The notes under the pieces were generated by a model. That model was not told where the DNA came from, made no database searches, and saw only the letters and a list, made by a program, of their open reading frames with translations. From Chlorokybus atmophyticus (taxonomy: Eukaryota; Plantae; Mesostigma and Chlorokybus algae), in the NCBI GenBank assembly GCA_009103225.1, contig RHPI01003488.1:1-64000 (forward strand): DNA of 64,000 nucleotides, given 5' to 3'. A program made the translations under genes and the position numbers. Below, piece after piece: positions 1 through 9,635 of this stretch; positions within the stretch are counted from its first letter, which is position 1; each line of letters opens with the position of its first letter.

Positions 1-598
1 AGCCACTACTATAGGTAGTGCTGTTTACACAGTTCTTTGCGTGAGTGGGGGAGGAATTACACTGTTAAGTGAGGTGAATGAGCAAACAACACGTGGATGC
101 TATGCCCTGACTGATGCTCACAAGCACGCCGCGACCAAGTACACAAAGCTCACAGCAAGAACAAGCACAGTGCACAAGAACATGCACAGGCTCTCACACG
201 GTGAGGGGATCCTTGGGAACCAGGACGGTGTGTTCGTAGTTCAAGTCGCTTCACAAGCTCTTAGCTTTCTCACTTACAGTGTCACCAGCTGATCTGGTGA
301 ACACTGTGCTTACTTATACAAGTCAACTCATGACTGTCCAGAACATAAGCTAACGGTCATATCGAGGCTATTTCCACAGGAAATGCCCACTCGATATAGA
401 ACCGGACTTATAACTGAACTCACAACTGCACAGCTACGCGCGGTGCCTATGCAGGCTATGGTCACGAACTACTCTAGGGACATGACCTAGCTACTGGTCA
501 GGGAGGCGCACGCGGGTTGCCATGCTGGTAAGCCGGGCGAGGGTCTCGCTGTAGGCATGCCCGATGGCGACTGGCATGCTGGGGCGATAGGCATGACA
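1..598 (-). repeat. Left LTR copy (partial; 3' LTR, or 5' LTR of a nested/tandem copy)
   Basis: Matches 9648-10244; homology stops at GCATGACA (591-598), i.e. TGTCA start on the minus strand. Confidence 0.9.
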
Positions 599-3500
599 CA
601 TCCCCACTCCCTTGAGTCGTTCCAGCACCGCTTCGATGTGCTGAAGATGCTCTTCGTTGCTGCGGCTGAAGATGAGGATGTCATCGATGTAGCACCGCGC
701 ATAGTCCAGCCCTTTCAGGGCTTTGTCCATGACGCGTTGAAACTTGGCGGGGGCATTCTTCAACCCGAATGGCATTACCTTCCATTGGTACAACTGTCGG
801 TTGCCCCAGAAGGAGGTCTTGTGCTTGTCCTCGTCCTTGATGGCGATTGGGTTGTACCCCTGACGCATGTCCAGGATGCTGAAGACTGTGCAGTCTCCCA
901 CATCATGAAAAATACCCTTTGCTGTGGGCATGGGGTACCGGTCTTGCTTGGTCTTGTTGTTGAGGGGGCGATAGTTGCCACACATGCGTCGCTCTGTCCA
1001 GTTGCCTGCTGAATCCTTCTTCAGTGGCATGACGGTTGCTGCTGCGAAGTCCGATGTGGACTCTTCGATAAGGCCTGCATCCAGCAGCGCCTTACATCTC
1101 TGTTCCATTAAGTCTTCTTCCAACTTGAAGAGCCTGTATTGTCGTCGAAACACCGGCTCAGTGTCCACCAGCTCGATGTCCATCTGGTACACTGAGCATG
1201 TACCCAATGCCTTCACATTAAAGCTGAATTGGCTCCTCCATTTGTTGAGGAGAGCCTCCAGCTTCTCTCAAGTGTCTTCTGTGGCCAACGGGCCAATGGC
1301 ATGGTCCCAGGAGGTTGCATTGGCAACCACAGGAATGTCCTCCACTGTCACTGCTGCTTGCTCCTCCATGCGGATCACCTCGAGGGTTGTGTGAGCTGCC
1401 TTGGTGTCGGCCACGCGATTAGCCCACCCCCCAGCCAAGTGTTCGAGATCCTCGAAGGACACGTGGCGGTCCTGCAACGCGAAGCTCAGCTCCAGCAGCC
1501 ATACCATGCTGTTCTGGTCCATGGCGCGACCAAGCAGCTAGCATTGCTGGCTGTCCGTCAGCGATGAGCCCGTGATGCTGTTGGGGAAGAATCCCATGGC
1601 GCGTTCACGTTCGCGTGCGTTAGGTTCTTCCAACCTGTTGTTGGTCGCATCGAACACCATCCCGTCACCACCGTTCCGAAATGCGTAGGAGCCCGGGTAG
1701 GACACCAATGTTGGGAGTGCGCGACGGGGCTGACCGGGCTGATTGCACGGGTAGAAGTGGTTGTGGTCATGACGCCGGACAGGTTGTGCTGTGCGACCGG
1801 GGTCAAGGATGTCATCGACCAGCAGGTTGCGCGGCCGGGCGCTGCGCGTGTATTCGGCGGTCATGAGTTCCTCCACGCTGGCCAAGTTTGTCCATTTGGC
1901 ACGTACACGATGTGCGCGCGAGCCATGTCGTGCCGCGTTCACCTTGAGTGGGTGCCCCAGAATGGAGCAAACTTGTCGGTAGCTAGAGGCCACATGCGGA
2001 CGCTTGTCGTCCTCTAAAAGCACATTTTCGATGACGTACCCCAGGGGTCTGGAGATCTGGTGGTGTTGAAGGAGGTGGATGATTCTCATCAGCTCCCAAA
2101 ACAGCCCGGAGCGAGGGTTTTCGAGGCCTTGCCCCTTGCCTGCCCTGGAGTGCCCTTGACATTCCCATCCAGCTATTAACAGGTCGACGTTGCCGAGGGA
2201 CAGTAGGTGATCTTCAGTGATCAGCCGGATGTCCTGTGGCAATGCTTTGAGGCTGCCTTGCAACGCCGAGAGGGGCAGTTGACATGGATACCTGGCGTGC
2301 AGTTGGCGTAAGTGGTGCTTGAGGACCGTTTGCGCGTGTGGGTCTGGGTCGCAATAATAGTATTTGACAACCTTCACGCCTGTGTTGAGGACCGCAGCAA
2401 GACCGCTGCCAATGCCTCCAAACAGCTCCAACACTGTGATGCCCTGTTGCCTGCGAAAGGTGTGGAACTCCACCACTCCGGTGGCCACCATATGGTGGTC
2501 CTGCACCTTGACGTGGCTTCGGTAGTTGGGGAAGCGCGTGGTGATCAGTGGATGGCTGAGCAAGATGTGTGCGTCCACCTGTGCGCGCCAGCGCCGTTCA
2601 GCTGGGTCTTGTAATGCTACTTCCACGGTGGCATCCTCCTGCTCCTCGTTGTACGGGATGGGAGAGGGGTCGCCGGTTTGACACGGGGTTGTGGCACCAG
2701 CAGCGACTTGCGTCCGAGCACCGTCGTATATGGCCATTACAGCCTTACGGGTGCGGGCGTGTCTGCGTGTGGCCATGGCAGCCATTTTGCGTTGGGCGCG
2801 CGTGCGCGAGACCAACTCGAGAGGCAGGAAACCCTGTACCTCTCCGTCATCCTCATCCCAATGTGGCCGAAACCACGCTCGCTCTGTCCAGCAGTCGAGG
2901 CCCATGCCCACAGGGAAGTTGAAGTCCTGCCCAAGCAGAAAGTCGAAGGAGCCGGCATTGGTGACCACACATTGCTGGACGATCTCGGTCGTGTGGGTTG
3001 GGTCCAGCCCTGTCAACCGAATGCAAAAGGCCTCCCTGGTGACTCCCATCACCTTATGTCGGCTACCTGTGGCAGTGTCCAACACGTACGGGCAAGGCAC
3101 CAAGTCGGAGCTGGTTATGCCTAAAGACCGCGCGAGGAAGCGCCCGATGATGACAGGCTGTGCTCCGGTGTCCAACATTACCCGCTTGGGTGTCAGACCG
3201 TTGATGGTAACGTGCTTGCCTTCGTTGGCCACCATGGCAGCATTGGCGTCGATACGCAGCCTCTTCATACGAGGTGTCTGTACCTCTGACTGAGTTGTCT
3301 CAGCTGGAGGTGCTGAGCGCATGGCAGCCAGAGCTCCTCTACCTGCTGGGTCCGGAGAACCCCCTCCTTGCCCTCTCCCTCTGCCGAACCGACCTTGTCG
3401 TGGTGGTTGGTAGACACGGGGGGGCCTCGGTGCTGGAGGTTCCGGCGCTGGTCGTGGTGGCGGCGCAGGTGGATGACGCCTCTGCGAAGCTGGAATCATG

Positions 3501-4261
3501 CCCGCGGGTGTACCCAATGGCTGTGGAGGAAACCCCGGCGGACCCGGTGTTTGTGGGCCTGCCTCGCGTTCCGCTTGCTCCGCGGCGTACGTCCATCGAA
3601 CAGCATGAGCCGCTTCTCCAACCAATGTCCCCTCCCACGTGGCCGTGGGCTCGGTGTCCGTGTCGGTCCAATGATGATATTGAGGCATGGGCTGCAGGTA
3701 TACGGCGCGTAGTAGCTGTCGCCGCATGTCGTGAGTGATGGTGGGGACTCGCAAGATCCCTGCCAAGTAGGCATCCCATCTTCCTTGTACCACTCCCACA
3801 TCGAGCACGGTCATGGCGCGAGCGCGTAGGGTGCGCTGGAGGTCAGTCTGCTGTGCGTGTAGCTCATGAGCAATGGCGATGCGCCGCCGTTGCCGTGCAG
3901 CTTCCACCCCTGGCAGCCGCAGCATTGCCTCTTGCACTCCCTCCAGCGTGTCCGGGGCTGTGGTGGCAGCCTCGTTGTATGCTTGTCGCAGCGAACGAAC
4001 GAATGCCCCCAACCATGATGCTCGGTTGCCAAAGGCAAACAGGGGGACAGCAGGGTGATTGGCAACGAGCCATGTCACGAGACGGGCTCGAGCGGCGCTG
4101 CCCTCTTGCATCCCCATCATCTGTCTTAATGTGTTGCCCAGGCTTGTGCAACATGACTGCTTGCCGGATGAGTGCGGTACGGAGTTGTTGCTCCCCCACC
4201 ATACCAGCTCCTCCTCGTTGTGTGGTGTCCCCTTGCGGGGTGAGGTACCCTCGCCCTGCAT
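491..4261 (-). pseudogene. pol polyprotein: N-terminal extension, aspartyl protease, DNMT3-like C5-MTase, reverse transcriptase; two in-frame stops; truncated after RT
   Basis: ORFs 1538-4261, 1268-1522 and 491-1216 share one frame, broken only by TAG (1538-1540) and TGA (1268-1270). Protease: LDTGA (DTG 3164-3172) and FLLGQDF. MTase: LELFGGIG, IAGWECQ, IENV, AHRVRAKWTNL, ERERAMGF, LLGRAMD. RT: LDMRQGY, MPFGLKNAP, YIDD (680-691). Confidence 0.92.
599..613 (-). other. Polypurine-tract-like sequence AAGGGAGTGGGGATG abutting the LTR
   Basis: Purine-rich run directly upstream of the LTR TG on the minus strand; it also encodes RT residues KGVGM. Confidence 0.55.
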
Positions 4262-4400
4262 CGCGTTGATCCTCAGGCATGTCTTCGACCAAAGAAGGCA
4301 GCAGCGGGGCGATTACCCCCCTCAATTGTTGGGCCAACGCTCTCGCTTGGTCCGCAACAGTTGCGTGTCCTGGCTGCTCGATGCACACGGATTGACGTTC

Positions 4401-4705
4401 AAGGACCATGAATGGTCCGTGACCATGAATGGTCCGTGCAGGACCGGGATTTTCCCCTGCTAAGTGAAATTGCCGGACCATGTATGGTCCGGCTTCATGG
4501 ACAGTCGGACCATGCATGGTCCAACTGTCCATGAAAGCCGAATTTCACGTGAATGGTACCATTGTCCCTTGGTACGGACCATTAAAGGTCCGGCCGATTA
4601 CTGTTGCGTCAGGACCAGGTATGGTCCGGCCATCAGACCAGGGACAAAATCATATCATTACAATATTTCAATCATAACTGGTCCGGTTAGCGGACCATGG
4701 ACCGA
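4401..4705. repeat. GGACCA-N4-TGGTCC palindrome/hairpin array upstream of pol
   Basis: About 15 GGWCC sites in about 300 bp; perfect stem gccggacca/tggtccggc at 4472-4493; long near-perfect hairpin at 4490-4540. Confidence 0.85.
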
Positions 4706-4850
4706 ATTGTATTATGGAACAATGTAAATGAGTGCAAATGCAGTAAAAGTTGAAACATCTTTGTCGGCGGCACCGGCTACGCCCAACCTGCGGCGCACGA
4801 GGCCGCGGCCAGCTCCGCGGCGTTAGTGGAATGATTAGTCAAGAACACAC

Positions 4851-4922
4851 GCATCGGCCGGAATCGAACCCAGTACCTTTAGCATATCAAAGACGACGCC
4901 CTAACCACTAAGCTACAAGTGC
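4851..4922 (-). pseudogene. tRNA-like sequence (degenerate tRNA or SINE head)
   Basis: Minus strand reads GCACTTGTAGCTTAGTGGTTAGGGCG...GGGTTCGATTCCGGCCGATGC, with A box and B box at tRNA spacing over 72 nt; acceptor and anticodon stems pair poorly. Confidence 0.7.
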
Positions 4923-5786
4923 ACGTACCGGTAGGGTTGCATGGCAACCTATATTATGTAGTGTTGCATGCGCCGCTTGGCGACTGTCGGCCGGCGGCAG
5001 TAATTGCCGATGGACAGTCGGAGATTGTCACTTTGATAGGCCCATAGGCTGAGCCCATGCAACTGTAGCATTCATAGGCTGTACCAGTTACATGGACGGT
5101 GGCAAACTACATACCGGTAGCCGCGAACTCGGCGGTTGTCAATACGCCAGTACAATTTGTAGACTTGTTAGGGGCTGTCATTGTGACAATGCTTAGCGAT
5201 AGTAGCCAAATTGCGACTGTCAATGCAGCCAGTGTACCTTATCGGGCTGTCGATGATTCTGTGGTCGCATGAGGCTTTTATAGGCCATTTATGAGGTTAT
5301 ACAAGTAAGGCTACAAGTTATAACATCTGACATTGCTTGCGCTTTCGTTTCGTACAAATCATTAAAACCAAACATACCATAAACTACGCCTAGCAATGCA
5401 ACATGCGAACAGCATCAACATATGTATTCATGGTATGATGTTAACGGTTGTCAACATTATGATAATGTAATAACCAACAAACTATATATAATGTAATTAA
5501 CACGCGCAACGCATGGATGTAAATTTGATATAATGATTTTTTTAGACTATGTAATTGTACAGCAATCATAACACTTTGTACGATCATATTCTTATACATT
5601 ATTTGAGATGTATACAATTTTGCATAAGAAAGGTCTAATGCACATGTGTGCGCGCATCAATATACTTACAACAATGTATATACATGAAATAATAGATATG
5701 AAGTAATTGCACGGCTGCAAATTGCGGCCGCAATTCGTCAACAATTTTTGCTTGTATACCTTAAGCGTATTCCTACATGCACACAC

Positions 5787-5881
5787 GTATATTTATCAAT
5801 ATATATATATACATATATGTATATATGTGTATATATACACATATATTTATATGTATACACATATCCATATATACATATATA
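5787..5881. repeat. Imperfect (TA/CA/TG)n microsatellite
   Basis: Run of atatatatatacatatatgt-type sequence. Confidence 0.9.
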
Positions 5882-6095
5882 GGCCACAAGTGGGCAGCCG
5901 CAACTGGTCGGCGGCTGTCAAGTTAAAGTGTACGTAGTGTACGTGGACAGCCGGCTGTCAATATACAATGACAGCCGCCGACCATTTGCGACTGTCCACT
6001 TTATAATTAGCGGCGACAGTCGGTGCGGCCTGTCATTTGTTAAATGATACACACAATGTACGTATGTACTCGTTGATGCAATAACGATACTACAG

Positions 6096-9000
6096 TCATG
6101 GTACACGTGTAGCGCGCCCTGCAGGGCCGCCAACCAGCAACATTGCTGGTCCATGCCGCCCCATACATGGTGCGGCACGGACCATGTACGGTGCGCGGCT
6201 GCCGGGCCGCTGAGCCGCGGGCCCACTCCTGGTCCGCATCCAGGAACCAGCGTAGAGTACTGGTCCGTGCCGCACCATACAAGGTGCGGCACGGACCATA
6301 TGTGGTGCGCGACTGCGCGCCAGGTGTTGGGGCCCCAAAAGGACCATGGACGGTCCGTCCCTCGCGGACCAGACACTCGTGGTCCGCGGGGACGGACCAT
6401 GTATGGCCCGCGGGGTCCGTGGAAGGACCATGCATGGTCCCCGAACGTCAATCCGTGTGATGGCGAGTGCCGTGGAGTACGCTGTGGTCAGCCCCGTAGA
6501 GGCGCCGGCAACATTTGCTGGCGCTACGGTCGGTACGATAACGGCGTGTGCTGCTTCGTACGCTTGTCGGCGCGCGTCCACTTGGACAGCTTGGTCCATG
6601 CGATATCGATGGGCCTGTTCGAGTGCAGAGAAACGCTCTTGACGACTGCCTGGAGTGAGCCCCCGGAGAGCGGGATCAGCGCCCAGCGCGATGTTAGACA
6701 TGGCGACCACGAGGTCTTGCATTTTGTGTCGCTGGAGGCCGAGTGGGTCCAGTGGCGAGGGCTCGAAGTCGATCTGTTGAGCGGGCATGGGTTGCTGCGT
6801 TTGACTGGGTGCGCCCTGCAATCGTGCGTGTAATGCCAGGAACAACTGGATGGACAGCTCCAATACCGCAGGTCGTCGATAGGTGACCCCGAACAGACGA
6901 TCCCTCATCTCTGGTGCAGTGCCGGCGAGGATTTCATCCTCCAGCTGCTGTTGTGTGGGTTCCGGCAGCATGTGGTATTCTGGAGGCGGCAGGGGCAAGA
7001 TGCGATCATCGCGTGCCACGCGCGTGGTGCGTTGCCCCCCTGGTCCGTACGCAACGGTGGTGGGCTCCACATTGCGCAGAATCGACGCCCAGGCGCGTCC
7101 TGCTTGTGGCCCGCGTGGCACTTGCTGTGTGACGTCCAATGCTGGTGGCGGTGCCGTTCGAACCTCAGGAAGTGGTGCAGTGGGTATGGCAGCACTACAG
7201 GAGGCGATGGTGGTGGCACCTGCAGCAGTCGTTGTTACTGAGGTGGCGGCTGTGAGGGTGGCAGCAGTTGCGGTTGATGTCGTCGCTTCGATGGAGGCAG
7301 GAGTGGTGAATTCACCACTTACAAACCCAACGACCATGGTTGTTGCGGCGTGGGTGCTCTCCATCACCGGGGACAGCGTGGTGCCAAGAGTGGTGACACC
7401 TGCTGTCGTGGTCGGTGTGGACGCCGATGTTGTCGTCGACGGCGTCGTCCCAGCGGTGGTTGTGGCTGCCGAGGCAGCACCACTTGTGGCGTCCGACGAT
7501 GCCGCTGTTGACGACGCGCCAGCTTCCCTACGCGCACGTCTGGATGGTTGTACGCGTGACGGCGTGGGAGTGTCCCTATCCCGTTTCGGTGCCATCAGTG
7601 CCCACCTAGCAGCATAGCAGGCTTGATAGTCCTGCTTCTTGTTCTCCTCCAACTGTGCCACGCGCGCCATCAGGGCTGCCACTTGGTCAATAGCCGGTGG
7701 ATTGGTTGGTGCCTTTACAGCAGCAGCTCCAGCACGAGGACGTCCCTCAAGTCCTTTGTGCTGTGGAGGGCGGTTTTTCCCTCTATAGCCAGCTTCTTCC
7801 TTGCGGGCGCCAGCGTTGTTGTAGTTGTTGGGGTTGTGGCCACCAGCGTTGTTGCCGTTGTTGCGACCACCAGCGTTGTTGCTGTTGTTGTAGCCGCCAG
7901 CGTGGTTGCTGTTGTTGTAGCCCCCGTTGTTGTTGTGATTGTTGTTGTTGTTGTTGCCGCGGTAGCCAACAGCGTTGTTGCCGTTGTTGTAGCTAATAGA
8001 GGGCCGCAGCTCAGGGAACTTGAGCCAGCATACTGTCTCCAAGTGTCCCGTCTTGTGGCAGTGGTCGCACACAAGGTTGCCGTAATCTTCGGTGCACTCC
8101 TTTTGGTAGTGGCCATGTCGACCACACCGGTGGCACAGCACTGGAGCCACAAGGGCAGCATGAGCTGCCCGTTTATCCTTGTGGTGGATGCCTTGCGGCT
8201 CTCGGCTGCGGTCCCGCTGAAGAGGCTCTGCACTTGTGCCTGCCATAGGCCGTGAGGCACTGCGGTTGGTGTCCAGCACCGCTTTCTCATACACTGCACG
8301 CTTATAGATGACTTGTGCAGTCTCGAAAGCTTCCGTGAGGGTGTAGCCGAGGGGCCTGCTGTAGTTCAGCGTCAGGCGCGTTGACTCACTCAGGGTGGGA
8401 TCCAACTCGGCCACATACACCACTGCTGCCGCCTCCTCACTGACAATCTTGTAGTCAGTGTCTTTAAGCAACCCTTCCAACCGTGAATACAGTCGGAGGG
8501 GGTCCTCGTGGGGCTTCCATCGAAAACGCCTCAACTCCTACACCTTGCTGTTGGTTTGAGGTGGGAAGGTGCGCCGGAGTGCGGCGTAGAGGTCCTTCAA
8601 CGGGGAGTCCGACATGGCCGCGCCCATCGTGAGCGCGGATGCACGCAATGCCACTGAGCCGAGGGTGAAAACACTGGCTCCCGCTGGAGCACGCGAGTTC
8701 GGTGTTGGTAGCAGGGGCGTACCCATCTCCAATGCTGCAGCTTGCTGCTCCTCTTGTTGCTCCCTAATGATGGCAGCGGTGCGGTTGAGTATCCCGATCC
8801 GGCGCTCGGCCTTCTTGCTTTCGATCTCCGCAGGAGTCAATGAGGCCACTACCACCTCAACCTCTTCATTCTCTGCCTTCTCCATGGCTGCAGCTAGAGA
8901 GAGACCCGTGACTGAGGCGGGCGGGGCCGCTGCTACAGGAACAGTAACCGATGGGCTGTGCAGTGACGTGGCGGCTGTTGTGCTGGCCAACTCGCCATAG

Positions 9001-9428
9001 CCATCAATCTTGTGCAACTCAGCGACGGACTTCCACACATCGTGTGCTTCGTGGTCAAGGTATTGAGCGGACACATGAAACGATACCTCATCTGTCCAGT
9101 CCTTGCTCTTGAGGGCTTGCTGCCGCATCTTGGAGTGGAACTTGATGATGAACTCGTCAAGTGAGGTGGTGCCAGGGCGTCCGGAGAAGCGTAGGGAGTT
9201 GGTTGAGCTGGAAGGCTCCATCTCTTCGTCGTCACTGTCCGACGGTGGTGGAGATGCTCGTTGGCGAGGAGTGGAGTGAGAGGAGGTGAAGCCGGAGACG
9301 GGGCGTGAGCCTCTGCTGCTACGGTAATCGCTCCCTTCACTTGCGCGCTCGTAGGTAAGGTTGGAGGTTGGGCTCCAGCTGTTGAGGTCCCCTTCTTTTA
9401 TTGGCGAGAAAGGGGTGGGCCTGCTCAT
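6096..9428 (-). pseudogene. gag-like protein with two CCHC zinc knuckles, interrupted by one in-frame TAG
   Basis: ORFs 8538-9428 and 6096-8534 share a frame (SKV*ELRRFRW). Knuckles CHRCGRHGHYQKEC and CDHCHKTGHLETVC lie at about 8028-8135. Confidence 0.85.
6140..6445. repeat. Second GGACC/GGTCC hairpin array at the gag 3' end
   Basis: About 13 GGWCC sites; perfect 15-bp stem ggtccgtgccgcacc/ggtgcggcacggacc (6262-6297) with a diverged copy 114 bp upstream; ggaccatgcatggtcc near 6425-6440. Confidence 0.85.
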
Positions 9429-9635
9429 ACAGCTGATGCGATGGTGAAAGTGGATGAAGGGTAGAGTGTTTGTGCTCTACAATGGGATCTCCAGTGCTGC
9501 TATCACCCAACACACTAGCGCTTGTGCGCGCTATGCGATGACGGTGACAACACTGCACTGTGATGTGTACAACTACAGATTGCGATGCTGATGTACAGCC
9601 TGCAACTACACTCACTTGAGCAAAGAGGGTGGCAC

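Noticed and set aside
4800-4830. GC hairpin GCCGCGG/CCGCGGC as a Helitron 3' end
   Set aside because: No CTRR terminus at the expected distance and no matching 5' TC end identified.
4719-6060. 8-bp direct repeat ACAATGTA (4719-4726 and 6053-6060) as a hAT-type TSD around the spacer core
   Set aside because: No terminal inverted repeats inside the candidate TSDs; an 8-mer match in AT-rich DNA can be chance.
4401-6445. GGACC arrays as a CRISPR-like array
   Set aside because: No constant repeat with regular unique spacers, no cas genes, and a eukaryotic TE context.
6883-8299. Long plus-strand ORFs (6883-7617, 7623-8255) and the alternative minus-frame ORF 7715-8299
   Set aside because: Shadows of low-complexity gag sequence with no independent domain signal.
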